Notes under the pieces: generated by a model
What the model was told of the DNA's origin: nothing
The model's input: only the letters and a program-made list of their open reading frames with translations
Databases searched by the model: none
Position numbers and translations under genes: made by a program
Shown here: positions 48,344 to 58,521 of the stretch, piece after piece
Position numbering within the stretch: the first letter of the stretch is position 1
How the letters are laid out: each line of letters begins with the position of its first letter
Assembly (NCBI GenBank): GCA_937941455.1
Contig: CALDHM010000022.1
Location: forward strand, 76,335 to 140,334
Direction: 5' to 3'
DNA: 64,000 bases
Origin: an uncultured Pirellulaceae bacterium
Lineage (GTDB): Bacteria; Planctomycetota; Planctomycetia; Pirellulales; Pirellulaceae

Positions 48344-49645
48344 ATGCGAATTTTTGCGAGAATTCTTGTGGTCGTTTCCGCTTGGCTGGCATGGCAGCCC
48401 CCTAACCAAGTCAGTGCTCAAGATCTTTCAAATTTCAACTTCGATTCTGGCCGGTTAGCGGCGACCTCACCATTCGAACGACTAAACGCGAAACCGGCCG
48501 ACTCCTCTCGATCGTTTTTTGGCTTCGACACCCCCCTCATGACTGATCTGTTGGATTTTCAAAACCAACAGTCGGAAAAGCAAACATGGTTGATTGAATC
48601 AGGTGGTGATTACCCCGACGGTGGGTTGATCGTCGGCACACAACTTCGCAGTTCCCTGTTAGTCGGAACTACCAATCGCCGCAACCGGTTCTCTTATCTT
48701 GGTCGGTTTCCTGCCGATTTTAGTGGTCGGACGGCCACCGATGCACGGTTGCTCCATGGTAATGTGGCATTTGCTGCTCATTATGGATCGCTTTTCCATG
48801 GATACTTTGAAACGCTGTTTTCCGACGTCTTCTCCTTTCCGACGTTCAATCAGGGGAGTTTCCAAGTCCGGCAAGCTTACATCGCGGTAGGTGACTTCAA
48901 CCAATCTCCGTTCTATCTGTTTTTGGGTAAAAAAAATGTATCATTTGGCGACTTCGGCACGCTCAGTCCGTTTTCCCAGGCGATACCATGGCACTATTTT
49001 GCTCCTCTAGCCGAAGGAATAGGCGCAGGCTATTCCCAGGGAGGTTTTGACTTTACGGTCACTGCCATCAACGGCAGCCGCGGTATCCGCGTGGCTCGCT
49101 CGGCGCCTCGTGGGCAGCTCAGCAACTTTGCGGCGAACGCTGCGTGGTCTCAGACGATTGATGGGATCGGTTACAAGCTGGGCTTGGGGTACTTGCATGG
49201 AACAATTTATGACACCAATGTCGCGGATCACGTCAATTTCACGATCTCGGGTAAACAGAATCCGGCCTGGAATGCCAACGCTGGGCTGAGTTGGGGGCAA
49301 TGGGATTTAGCCGCAGAATACACCGCGACCTTCAACCCTTGGTTGCTGACTGGAGAACCCGTACAAGCGTACCGAACCGAGGCGACGTATCGTTTGGCTC
49401 GAGCACCCCGGCCGACGCGGTTGTCGATTTCCTGGAGCGAGGGCCTGCAAGGCCCGAGCGGCTCGCCATTCGAGTTCAATCGCCAATTGGTGCTCGGATC
49501 AGGTGTAAAACTCAATCGTCATGCTTTGTTCACCGCCGAGTATGTGCTGAGCGCGGGATTCGCGCCGCTGATCGACTTAACTACCGTCAGTGATCGATCG
49601 GTGCGGCAACACAGTTGCGTGCTCGGTCTGGTACTCGTTCTATAG
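48344..49645 (+). CDS. Putative beta-barrel porin-like outer-membrane protein
   Basis: Signal peptide MRIFARILVVVSAWLAWQPPNQVSAQD. The rest is dominated by alternating amphipathic strand patterns (GLSWGQWDLAAEYTATF, YRTEATYRLA, LFTAEYVLSAGF). Confidence 0.5.
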   Translation: MRIFARILVVVSAWLAWQPPNQVSAQDLSNFNFDSGRLAATSPFERLNAKPADSSRSFFGFDTPLMTDLLDFQNQQSEKQTWLIESGGDYPDGGLIVGTQLRSSLLVGTTNRRNRFSYLGRFPADFSGRTATDARLLHGNVAFAAHYGSLFHGYFETLFSDVFSFPTFNQGSFQVRQAYIAVGDFNQSPFYLFLGKKNVSFGDFGTLSPFSQAIPWHYFAPLAEGIGAGYSQGGFDFTVTAINGSRGIRVARSAPRGQLSNFAANAAWSQTIDGIGYKLGLGYLHGTIYDTNVADHVNFTISGKQNPAWNANAGLSWGQWDLAAEYTATFNPWLLTGEPVQAYRTEATYRLARAPRPTRLSISWSEGLQGPSGSPFEFNRQLVLGSGVKLNRHALFTAEYVLSAGFAPLIDLTTVSDRSVRQHSCVLGLVLVL

Positions 49646-49674
49646 TACTGCCGCGCAGGGGGATTGCGACCCGG

Positions 49675-50517
49675 TTAATTCGTCGCGAAGCGGCGAAAAA
49701 TGTGACAGCTGATTTTCTCGAACGCGTCGGATTGGCTGAAATACATGTAGTGATTGACGACTATCGTCGTGGCAAAAATCTCGAGGACATTGAACGTATT
49801 TTTTTCCGATTCGCGTCCCCGCCCACGACGGGACGTCGTCGTTCCGCACTGCACGATGATAATGCCGCGATCTCGATGCCGACCTGGGTAGAAGTCCAGT
49901 GTATTGCCAATGTAAGCTCGATGCAGATGCCCCCCTAGGATGACTTCGACATTAAGCTCTTCGAACTGTTGAATTGCCCGTTGCGAAAACGGCATTCGCT
50001 TGTCCTTGAGAATATCCGGCGCCGGGGCGAACGGATGGTGGGCCACGACGATGCGAATCTTGGCTTCCCCAGCGGCCTGAAACGCCGCGGCGACCTGCTC
50101 CAATTGTCGCCGTGAAATTCGGCCGTTCGTGATTGCGGTTCTCGGCGCGGTCGAATCAATGCCGATGATTACCGCATCGTTCACCCGCAAGATCGGCTGC
50201 AGATCGTCTGTAATGTATTGCTTATACAGACCGTGCGGATTGGCGAAACGTTCCCAAATTCGATACAGCGGCACGTCATGATTGCCGGGAATCACCAGAG
50301 TCGGCAGGCGTGGCAATTGATCCAAAAACCGTCGCGCGTCAATGAACTGCTCCCGCTTGGCGCGCTGGGTCAGGTCGCCGCTGACGATGATCCCCTGAAC
50401 ATTGAGCGTCGGAGCAAGCCTCAGGAGCGCCGCCGCGACTTCCGGGTGGAATGGGGGCCCGAAATGCAAGTCGGAGATGTGCAGCAGGCTCAAAAAGGCT
50501 GGTTCATTTCCGTTCAT
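49675..50517 (-). CDS. Calcineurin-like metallophosphoesterase
   Basis: LLHISDLHFG, SGDLT, GNHD, AHHP, GGHLH motifs occur in canonical order. Confidence 0.85.
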   Translation of the reverse strand: MNGNEPAFLSLLHISDLHFGPPFHPEVAAALLRLAPTLNVQGIIVSGDLTQRAKREQFIDARRFLDQLPRLPTLVIPGNHDVPLYRIWERFANPHGLYKQYITDDLQPILRVNDAVIIGIDSTAPRTAITNGRISRRQLEQVAAAFQAAGEAKIRIVVAHHPFAPAPDILKDKRMPFSQRAIQQFEELNVEVILGGHLHRAYIGNTLDFYPGRHRDRGIIIVQCGTTTSRRGRGRESEKNTFNVLEIFATTIVVNHYMYFSQSDAFEKISCHIFRRFATN

Positions 50518-50932
50518 GCGTGACCGTCGATTTCGGCCGGGCCGGCCCTTCGCCTGGCTTTTGATCGGCGGAGGCCACGAAGGCCATCCGCAATTGATGC
50601 AAGGCGTCAGTGAGCATCGAGCTTTCGTCCGCGGTAAGATTTCCCTTCATTTTCTCCTCCAGCACCGACAGCATGTCGATACAGTGTTTGGCTAACGGCC
50701 GATTCACGTTGACCTCTCGCGTGATCGGGTCGGGCAAATAGCCTAGAGAGGCAAGGGCCTGAGTCGCAAAAGTCGTAACCAACCACGGAATCGAAGCGGG
50801 GGGCAATTCCTCGCCGTGTTCGGCAGATTTCGATTTGTTGGCCTGCTTTCGCAGTTCTTCCTTTTCGCGCTCAACTTGCGCCTTCCAATCGTCATCCACA
50901 ATGATTCTTGGCTCTTGGTTTTCGTTGCTCAT
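50504..50932 (-). CDS. DUF1844 domain protein
   Basis: LPPASIPWLVTTFATQALASLGYLPDP...AKHCIDMLSVLEEKMKGNLT matches my recollection of the DUF1844 signature. Confidence 0.65.
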   Translation of the reverse strand: MSNENQEPRIIVDDDWKAQVEREKEELRKQANKSKSAEHGEELPPASIPWLVTTFATQALASLGYLPDPITREVNVNRPLAKHCIDMLSVLEEKMKGNLTADESSMLTDALHQLRMAFVASADQKPGEGPARPKSTVTHERK

Positions 50933-51036
50933 CTGTTCAGGCTCCTGAGTCAATTCCAAGGGATTGATACAAGATATTTTCACCGACACGATCGCAGGTC
51001 AATTGCCTCTGCTCGAACCGTCTATTGAGCTGCTCG

Positions 51037-52671
51037 TCAAAAGGCCGATTTTGCCTCCCCGGCGACCTCTTTCGCACGAATGGCCGCCCCCACGAAACCA
51101 GCGAACAGCGGATGGGCGGCAATCGGTTTCGATTTGAACTCCGGATGGTATTGCACCGCCACGAACCAGGGATGATCTGGCAATTCGACAATCTCGACCA
51201 GTGTTTGATTCTGGCTCGTGCCCGCAATCAACATACCGTGGTCCGCGAACTGTCGGCGATATTGATGATTGAATTCGTAGCGATGGCGATGTCGTTCCGA
51301 AATAAACTCCGTCCCGTAGCATTCGTAGCTGCGAGATTCCGGGACCAGTTGCGCCCGCTGGGCACCCAGTCGCATCGTACCCCCTTTTTCGGTAACGTTC
51401 TGCTGCTCATCGAGCAGGCAGACGACCGGATATTTCGTGGTACGGTCGAATTCGGTGGAGTTCGCCCCGGCCAGGCCGATCACATTCCGCGCAAATTCGA
51501 TCACGGCACACTGCATGCCGAGACAAATGCCGAGGAACGGAATATAACGCTCTCTCGCATAGCGAATCGCCTCGATCTTGCCCTCCGTTCCCCGCTCTCC
51601 GAAGCCGCCCGGGACAAGGATGCCATGGTAGCCCGAGAGCAAACGCTCGGCACCCTCGCGCTCAACCTCCTCGCTTTGGATGGCCGACACGCGAACCTGA
51701 GCGTTGTGGGCGATTCCGCCGTGGTCGATCGATTCATAGATTGATTTGTAGGCATCTTTGTGGCTAACGTATTTGCCAACCACGGCGATATTGATTTCTT
51801 TGACAGGATTTCTCATGCGGTGGATCATTTCACGCCAGGCGTCGATCTCCAGACTCCGCGCGTTCAACCCTAACCGCTTGACGATTTGCTCATCTAATCC
51901 GTGATCGACGAGGCTGAGTGGCACCTCGTAGATCGAAAAATCCTTATCACGTTCCTCGATCACAGCTTTGGTGGGCACATTGCAGAACAACGCGATTTTC
52001 TCGCGGTCCGCCAGGGGCAATTCCCGCTCGCAGCGACACACCAGAATGTCGGGCTGAATCCCGATTTGCCGCAATAAGCCGACGGAATGCTGCGTCGGTT
52101 TGGTTTTCAATTCGGCGGCCGCTTTGAGGTAGGGGACAAGTGTCAAATGGATATACAGGCAATTTTCCTTGCCCACGTCCAGCGAATACTGCCGAATGGC
52201 CTCCAGGAACGGCAAACTCTCGATATCCCCGACGGTACCGCCGATTTCGGTGATCACCACGTCGACATCGTCGCCACTGAGGTTGTCGATACAACGTTTG
52301 ATTTCATTCGTGATGTGGGGAATGACCTGGACGGTTTGCCCCAAGAATTCGCCGCGCCGTTCCCGCTCGATCACCCGCATATAAATTTGTCCCGTGGTGT
52401 AGTTCGAATGGCGCGACAGTGGGCCCTCGGTAAAACGTTCGTAGTGTCCAAGGTCGAGGTCGGTTTCACTTCCGTCGTCCAGGACGTAAACCTCGCCGTG
52501 CTGGAACGGACTCATCGTCCCAGGATCGACGTTGATGTAGGGATCCAACTTTTGCATGCGGACGCGCAGGCCACGGCGCTCGAGCAACATGCCGATCGAT
52601 GCACTGGTAAGTCCCTTGCCGAGCGAACTGACAACTCCACCGGTAACAAAAATGTGCTTGGTCAACGTCAT
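51037..52671 (-). CDS. pyrG: CTP synthase
   Basis: [30 protein letters not shown], the glutaminase domain GICLGMQ, and HRHRYE. Confidence 0.95.
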   Translation of the reverse strand: MTLTKHIFVTGGVVSSLGKGLTSASIGMLLERRGLRVRMQKLDPYINVDPGTMSPFQHGEVYVLDDGSETDLDLGHYERFTEGPLSRHSNYTTGQIYMRVIERERRGEFLGQTVQVIPHITNEIKRCIDNLSGDDVDVVITEIGGTVGDIESLPFLEAIRQYSLDVGKENCLYIHLTLVPYLKAAAELKTKPTQHSVGLLRQIGIQPDILVCRCERELPLADREKIALFCNVPTKAVIEERDKDFSIYEVPLSLVDHGLDEQIVKRLGLNARSLEIDAWREMIHRMRNPVKEINIAVVGKYVSHKDAYKSIYESIDHGGIAHNAQVRVSAIQSEEVEREGAERLLSGYHGILVPGGFGERGTEGKIEAIRYARERYIPFLGICLGMQCAVIEFARNVIGLAGANSTEFDRTTKYPVVCLLDEQQNVTEKGGTMRLGAQRAQLVPESRSYECYGTEFISERHRHRYEFNHQYRRQFADHGMLIAGTSQNQTLVEIVELPDHPWFVAVQYHPEFKSKPIAAHPLFAGFVGAAIRAKEVAGEAKSAF

Positions 52672-52952
52672 TCCCTTTTGTTGAATTCCTTACGGGTCAG
52701 GCGGCAAAAAATTCGGCGGATGGATTATGTCCCGCAGTTCGCGGCGACTGTGACCGATTGCGAAATGATGGTTCGCCGCCGCAGAACTAAGTCGCCCCAT
52801 GCTCCGGCATTGTCAGAGGCCGTCCGCCGCGTATGGTACTAGCCCCGCACCTCGAGGCTTAGCCAACGCAGGGCGTGGCAAGCTAACTTCGCTGCGGCCG
52901 CCGCACAACGTCGGCCCCCCACGATCTCGAAACCACCCCGCCCTCACAGATT

Positions 52953-53696
52953 TTAACGGTTCGCCACGCGGTTGACAAAGGCCCGATAATCCTCCGGAGT
53001 ATCGATGCCACTGGACGCTCGCTCGACCACAGCCACCGCGATCGCATGACCGCTTTGCACCGCTCTCAATTGCTCCAGCGACTCCATTTGCTCCAGTGGC
53101 GATGCGGGCAGTTTCGCGTAATCGAGCAGAAACTGACGGCGATACACGTACAGTCCCATATGTTGCAACCAAGCGAAATTTTGCAGCGAGTTCAGCGCTG
53201 CGTTCCGCGGGTAGGGGATCTGGCTGCGGCTGAAGTAAATCGCGGTCCCGTCGTGCCGTAAAATCACTTTGACACATGCCGGATTGGACAGCAGTGTCGG
53301 ATCGCGAATCGGGGCCGCCGCCGTTGAAATCGATAATCCGGGGGCCTGAAGCAACTTTTGAATCGCGGCGTCGATAGTCGAGCTTTCCATCTCGGGCTCA
53401 TCTCCCTGAACATTCACGATCAATTCGTAGTTCGGATACCGCACTGCAATTTCGGCAACGCGATCGGTGCCGCTTTGGTGATTCGCGTCCGTCAATTCGG
53501 CGACGCCTCCAAACCGCTCCACTGCGGCCACGATTCGTCGATCGTCGGTTGCCACTATCACTTTTTCGGCGAGGCGGCTCGCGGCAGCGGCCGCGTAAGT
53601 ATGCTCGATCAACGGCTTCCCAGTTTCAGCCAACAGCATCTTTTCGGGCAGCCGAGTCGAACCCAAGCGGGCCGGAATCACGATCAACGTTTTCAT
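52953..53696 (-). CDS. kdsB: 3-deoxy-manno-octulosonate cytidylyltransferase (CMP-KDO synthetase)
   Basis: VIPARLGSTRLPEKML, GTDRVAE, VNVQGDEP, LEQLR. Confidence 0.9.
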   Translation of the reverse strand: MKTLIVIPARLGSTRLPEKMLLAETGKPLIEHTYAAAAASRLAEKVIVATDDRRIVAAVERFGGVAELTDANHQSGTDRVAEIAVRYPNYELIVNVQGDEPEMESSTIDAAIQKLLQAPGLSISTAAAPIRDPTLLSNPACVKVILRHDGTAIYFSRSQIPYPRNAALNSLQNFAWLQHMGLYVYRRQFLLDYAKLPASPLEQMESLEQLRAVQSGHAIAVAVVERASSGIDTPEDYRAFVNRVANR

Positions 53697-53710
53697 GGTT
53701 CTCTCGATAG

Positions 53711-54778
53711 CTAACGCATCCGCCAAACCGACTCTTTCGGAATCGCTTGCGACTCCAAGTGGGGTTTAATTTGAGCGAAGAAACGAGCTGCATCAACGGG
53801 GTAGCCTTGGGTTGGCTGCAAGTCGGCGATGATGCCGCACCAGTACGAATTCCAGCGCTCCATCACTGCCTCCCGCAGGGCTTTGGCGAACATCGACGCA
53901 AGCGCCACTGGCAGATTCCGCTCGCCCTTGGCGTCGAACGAAATGTCAATTTTCCGGCCACCAACATGGACTTGGTACCGGCTCGTCGACGCAGATTCTT
54001 CGAGCATCCGGCAGCGTCCCCCCGCCCATACTCGTTCAAGGAACAATCCGTAGCGATTTCGTCCACCATGTTTGTCGCAACGAACCCTGATTTTGCTTCC
54101 CGCAGGAATCGGCCGCCACAATTCGCGAACCAGCAGCAGCGAGGCGATCGTCAGCAGCGACGATTTATTTCCGTAAGCCTCCACCAGGTCGTTGTAATGA
54201 GTGGGCATCAGGCAAATCGCCTTCATATCCCGCAATTGAATGTTGGCATCGCGGCAGTTCACCAGGAATCGCTCGCGCAGGCCCTGCCAGTCGCGGTCCA
54301 AGTTCGCGGTGCCCTCAGGAGTTGAGTTCGCCCGGCCCGCCACCGAGCCCGCCATGAAAAACGCATCGGCCAGCGAGCGGCGATCAACGCGGATCGCGCC
54401 GATTGCTCGACTCAAAAAATTGGACTGTGGCTCGACGTCATCGGCCACGGGAAATTCGATTTCCACGACGCGCCGCAGCATTTCTGGCCAAGCATCAGCT
54501 GTTTTTGCTGCCGGTCCCAACAACAGGGGCAATAGATGTTTCAACAACGGCTCGGCACCACGACCAGGCTGGTGAATCGATTTCGAATCGGCAATCGCGA
54601 TTCGCGATTTCGACTTGGGATCGGTCGTCACGGACGGTCGCAGCGGCTCATAAAGATCTGCATGCTCAGCGGCGGAGCGCCAACAAGACCCACCGACAAC
54701 GAGCGGCCCGAGGTTCGGTCCGTAGCCAGCCTCGTCGATGCCAATGTAGTAGATTCCCTCGTGGGCGCGGCTCATCAT
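53711..54778 (-). CDS. Divergent RNase HII-like protein with a large internal insertion
   Basis: IGIDEAGYGPNLGPLVVGG (cf. RNase HII GxDEAGRGP), IADSKSI (cf. DSKKL), and a late LASMFAKALRE (cf. AASIxAKVxRD). At 355 aa it is far longer than RNase HII, and the middle ~150 aa are unrecognisable. Confidence 0.45.
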   Translation of the reverse strand: MMSRAHEGIYYIGIDEAGYGPNLGPLVVGGSCWRSAAEHADLYEPLRPSVTTDPKSKSRIAIADSKSIHQPGRGAEPLLKHLLPLLLGPAAKTADAWPEMLRRVVEIEFPVADDVEPQSNFLSRAIGAIRVDRRSLADAFFMAGSVAGRANSTPEGTANLDRDWQGLRERFLVNCRDANIQLRDMKAICLMPTHYNDLVEAYGNKSSLLTIASLLLVRELWRPIPAGSKIRVRCDKHGGRNRYGLFLERVWAGGRCRMLEESASTSRYQVHVGGRKIDISFDAKGERNLPVALASMFAKALREAVMERWNSYWCGIIADLQPTQGYPVDAARFFAQIKPHLESQAIPKESVWRMR

Positions 54779-54851
54779 GATGGTTTCCTGGACACGCGAA
54801 ACAGCTTAAACTCTAGGAATCGTCCCTGACAATGACCCGAGTAAGGACCCC

Positions 54852-56384
54852 ATGAGCCAAACAATCGAGTCCCTGAGCGGCCAGACCGCACGAATCCTCC
54901 ACGACTTGGGGGCGTCTGAAATGCTCGCTCATCGCGGCGCGACAAACACAATCATCTCTCATAGTCCCATTGATGGGTCGCCTTTGGGCGAGGTCGCCGT
55001 CACGTCACGCGCTGAATATGACCGAATCGTTGACGCCGCGCGGCAAGCTTATTTGTTGTGGCGCGACACGCCAGCTCCCGTGCGCGGGAATCTGGTCCGC
55101 TTGATTGGTCAGCGACTTCGCGAGCAGAAAGAATCGTTGGCGTGGCTGGTGACGGCGGAAGCGGGCAAGATTTACCAGGAGGCACTGGGCGAAGTCCAAG
55201 AGATGATCGACATCTGCGACTTTGCCGTCGGCCTCAGCCGCCAGTTGTACGGCCTGACGATTGCCAGTGAACGACCGGGCCATCGCTTGATGGAGCAATG
55301 GCATCCTTTAGGGGTGATCGGTGTGATCACCGCGTTCAATTTTCCCGTGGCGGTTTGGAGTTGGAACGCCATGCTGGCTCTCGTTTGCGGGGATCCGATC
55401 GTGTGGAAGCCGTCGGAGAAAACTCCTTTGACGGCAGCCGCGTGCCAAGCGATTGCTCGGCGCTGTGCCGCCGAGGCAGGAGCTCCACCCGACTTGTTTC
55501 AGCTGGTTCAGGGGAACCGCGACCAGGGCCGATGGCTGGCGATCGATCGGCGGCTGCCCCTCATCAGTGCGACCGGCTCGACCGAGATGGGACGGCAGGT
55601 GGCCGTGCAAGTCGCCGAGCGGTTGGGCCGCTCGCTGCTCGAACTCGGGGGTAACAATGCGGCGATCATTGCCGCGAGCGCCGACCTCGATCTGGCGATC
55701 CGAGCTTGCGTGTTTGCGGCCGTGGGGACTTGCGGCCAGCGTTGCACAACCCTCCGCCGCTTGATTGTTCACGAGAGTCGTTACGATCAAGTCGTGCATC
55801 GCATCAAGGAGGCGTACGCTCATCTGCCGATCGGTGATCCTTTCTCACCGGCGACCTTGGTCGGACCGCTGGTGGATGAGAAGGCTTTCGCTTGCATGCA
55901 AATGCGATTGGATCAAGCCCGATCGGCAGGAGGAATCGTTTTCGGCGGTAATCGGGTAATCGACCAAGTCCCGGAGCAGGGCTATTATGTTCGCCCGGCA
56001 ATCGTTGAGATCGAGGCTGGGGCGGAGGTCTGCCAAGTCGAAACGTTTGCCCCGATTTTGTACGTGTCGCGCTACCGGACGCTGGCAGAAGCGATTGCCG
56101 TGCAAAACAGCGTGACCCAAGGCCTGTCGAGCTCGATCTTCACGAGCGACATCCGCGAAGCCGAAATATTTTGCTCAGCCGGCGGCTCCGATTGCGGAAT
56201 TGCCAACGTGAACATCGGCACCAGCGGCGCCGAAATCGGCGGAGCCTTCGGAGGAGAAAAGGACACAGGGGGCGGGCGCGAGTCCGGTTCTGACAGTTGG
56301 CGGAACTATATGCGACGAGCCACCAACACCATCAACTATTCCGCGGAGCTTCCTTTAGCGCAAGGAATTCGCTTCGAATTATGA
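54852..56384 (+). CDS. ALDH7/antiquitin-type aldehyde dehydrogenase (alpha-aminoadipic semialdehyde / piperideine-6-carboxylate dehydrogenase)
   Basis: The C-terminus GGEKDTGGGRESGSDSWRNYMRRATNTINYSAELPLAQGIRF is nearly the ALDH7A1 tail as I remember it. Standard ALDH blocks are also present (LELGGNNA, GQRCTTLRR). Confidence 0.85.
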   Translation: MSQTIESLSGQTARILHDLGASEMLAHRGATNTIISHSPIDGSPLGEVAVTSRAEYDRIVDAARQAYLLWRDTPAPVRGNLVRLIGQRLREQKESLAWLVTAEAGKIYQEALGEVQEMIDICDFAVGLSRQLYGLTIASERPGHRLMEQWHPLGVIGVITAFNFPVAVWSWNAMLALVCGDPIVWKPSEKTPLTAAACQAIARRCAAEAGAPPDLFQLVQGNRDQGRWLAIDRRLPLISATGSTEMGRQVAVQVAERLGRSLLELGGNNAAIIAASADLDLAIRACVFAAVGTCGQRCTTLRRLIVHESRYDQVVHRIKEAYAHLPIGDPFSPATLVGPLVDEKAFACMQMRLDQARSAGGIVFGGNRVIDQVPEQGYYVRPAIVEIEAGAEVCQVETFAPILYVSRYRTLAEAIAVQNSVTQGLSSSIFTSDIREAEIFCSAGGSDCGIANVNIGTSGAEIGGAFGGEKDTGGGRESGSDSWRNYMRRATNTINYSAELPLAQGIRFEL

Positions 56385-57877
56385 CGGAGGCGAACATGAC
56401 ACAACCGACGAACCACTACCGGGATTCCCATCTCTCGCGCCGAGCGTTTCTGGAAACGCCATTCCAGGGAATCGGAGCTTTGGCCCTCGCCACGCTCCTG
56501 CACCATGAATTAGCTGGCTGTCAGGACGCAGTTGTCACCGACCGCCGGCAGCAGGAGATGGCCCAGAAGCTGCCCCATTTCCCCGCCACGGCGCGGCGCG
56601 TCGTTTGCCTATTCCAGTCGGAGGGTTTCTCCCACGTCGATTTGTTCGATGACAAACCGACCTTGCATCAGCATGCGGGCGAAGATCTGCCGTCATCCAT
56701 CAAGGGGACTCAGCGGTTGACGGGGATGACGTCGGGGCAAAGCAAGTATCCCGTCGTTCCCGCGCTGTGGACGGGTCGACCTTGCGGCCAATCCGGCATC
56801 TGGATCAGCGATTTGCTGCCCCACCTGCAACAACAAGCCGACGAATTGTGTCTCATCAAATCGATGCATTCGGAGGCCATCAATCACGATCCGGCCATCA
56901 CGTTGATGAATACGGGGAATCAGCAACCGGGTTATCCCAGCCTCGGAGCATGGGTCAGTTACGGTCTGGGAAGTGAGAACGAGAATCTCCCGGCCTTCAT
57001 CTCGATGGTCTCGCAAGGGGGGGGTAAGAACCCCGGCCAGCCGATTTTTTCGCGGCTTTGGGGAAGCGGATTTTTGCCCTCGGCCCACCAGGGGGTGGGA
57101 CTCCGTCTCGGCGCTAACCCAATTCCGTACTTGGCCAATCCCGGCGGCGTCGATCGGCAGCAGCGTCGGGATCTCTTGGATGATTTGGCCGGGTTGAATC
57201 GGAGCTTTGCCGATCGTTCGGGAGACGCCGAAACGCTAGCGCGTATCGCGGCCTACGAGATGGCATTCCGCATGCAGACTTCAGTGCCCGAACTACTGGA
57301 CCTTTCCGATGAAACGGCCGAATCGATCACGGCCTACGGTCCCGACGCGCAGCGGCCGGGGAGTTATGCCGCCAATTGTCTGCTGGCCCGCCGCTTGCTC
57401 GAACGCGGTGTGCGGTTCGTGCAACTTTTTCACCGTGGTTGGGATCAGCATATCGCCATCAAACGACAACTCCCCTATCAATGCCGCGACGTCGATCAAC
57501 CTACGGCAGCCTTGCTCAAGGACTTACGAATCCGCGGACTCCTCGAGGACACACTCGTGCTGTTTCTCACGGAATTTGGCCGTACGGTTTTCAGCCAAGG
57601 AAATTTAAATGACCCGGGCATGGGGCGCGATCATCATGGCCGCTGCTTTACGGTTTGGCTCGCAGGGGGGGGCGTTAAATCGGGAGTCCGTTACGGGGCC
57701 ACGGACGACTTCTCGTACAACATTGTCGAAAACCCGGTCCATGTACGCGATCTGCATGCAACCATTCTGCATTGTTTGGGAATCGACCATCGCCGACTGA
57801 CGTTCCCGCATCGCGGTCTAAACGTGAAACTGACCGGTGTCGAAGAGGCCCATGTCGTCTCGGACATTTTGCAATGA
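56381..57877 (+). CDS. DUF1501 domain protein (sulfatase-fold, Tat signal)
   Basis: SRRAFLETPFQGIGALA is a twin-arginine leader. NHDPA, TEFGRT and GRDHH are DUF1501 blocks. The first ATG overlaps the ALDH stop (ATGA at 56381-56384); ATG 56396 is an alternative start. Confidence 0.85.
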   Translation: MTEANMTQPTNHYRDSHLSRRAFLETPFQGIGALALATLLHHELAGCQDAVVTDRRQQEMAQKLPHFPATARRVVCLFQSEGFSHVDLFDDKPTLHQHAGEDLPSSIKGTQRLTGMTSGQSKYPVVPALWTGRPCGQSGIWISDLLPHLQQQADELCLIKSMHSEAINHDPAITLMNTGNQQPGYPSLGAWVSYGLGSENENLPAFISMVSQGGGKNPGQPIFSRLWGSGFLPSAHQGVGLRLGANPIPYLANPGGVDRQQRRDLLDDLAGLNRSFADRSGDAETLARIAAYEMAFRMQTSVPELLDLSDETAESITAYGPDAQRPGSYAANCLLARRLLERGVRFVQLFHRGWDQHIAIKRQLPYQCRDVDQPTAALLKDLRIRGLLEDTLVLFLTEFGRTVFSQGNLNDPGMGRDHHGRCFTVWLAGGGVKSGVRYGATDDFSYNIVENPVHVRDLHATILHCLGIDHRRLTFPHRGLNVKLTGVEEAHVVSDILQ

Positions 57878-57972
57878 TGACCGGCGGGCGCGACGAACCA
57901 TTGCGATCTGGCCAACAGCATGGCGTAGCGATTCGACGAAGTGACGCTGGCGGGCTCATCAACGAAAAAGAT

Positions 57973-58005
57973 AAAAAAATCCCGGGCTGTTGACTGACCC
58001 GGGAT
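57973..58005. terminator. Hairpin terminator between convergent genes (strongest on the minus strand, for hsp20)
   Basis: AAAAAAATCCCGGG / 11-nt loop / CCCGGGAT. Read on the minus strand, the 8-bp stem is followed by T7, 43 nt after the hsp20 stop. Confidence 0.65.
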
Positions 58006-58047
58006 TCAAGGTTCGATGCGGCACGCCAGCCCTGCTGCGACAGGTAA

Positions 58048-58521
58048 TTATTTGGTCTTGATGCTGATCTTCTTCGGCTTCACTTCTTCCGATTTGGGGA
58101 AGGTGACATGCAAAACACCGTCACGGAACTCAGCGACGGCTTCGCTTTCTTTGATGGAGGTCGGCAAGGTGAAGCTGCGGCTGAAGCTGCCGAATCGGCG
58201 CTCAACAGCGTGAAATTGACGGTTGTTGTCCTTCTGTTCCCGCTCTTCCATGCGTTGGCCACGAATCGTGACCATGTTGTTCTCGACCGTGATTTCGACG
58301 TCTTCCGGTTTGACGCCGGGCAAATCCATTTGCACTTCGATGGCATGGTCCGTTTCCGAAATGTCCATGCGGGTAACCAGCTGATTAGTCATATTGGCTT
58401 GGTTCGAATTCAGCGAATCGAACAATTGATCGAGTTCGAAAAATTCACGAGGGAACCAAGGAGCAAGAGAGAATGGAGAAACTCGGCTGGTGCGTGGCTT
58501 TTGAGCTACAGTTTGAGTCAT
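58048..58521 (-). CDS. Hsp20/alpha-crystallin small heat-shock protein
   Basis: DISETDHAIEVQMDLPGVKPEDVEITVENNMVTIRG...FSRSFTLP...AEFRDGVLHVTFPK is a canonical ACD domain. GGGAGG lies 8 nt upstream of ATG 58521. Confidence 0.9.
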   Translation of the reverse strand: MTQTVAQKPRTSRVSPFSLAPWFPREFFELDQLFDSLNSNQANMTNQLVTRMDISETDHAIEVQMDLPGVKPEDVEITVENNMVTIRGQRMEEREQKDNNRQFHAVERRFGSFSRSFTLPTSIKESEAVAEFRDGVLHVTFPKSEEVKPKKISIKTK

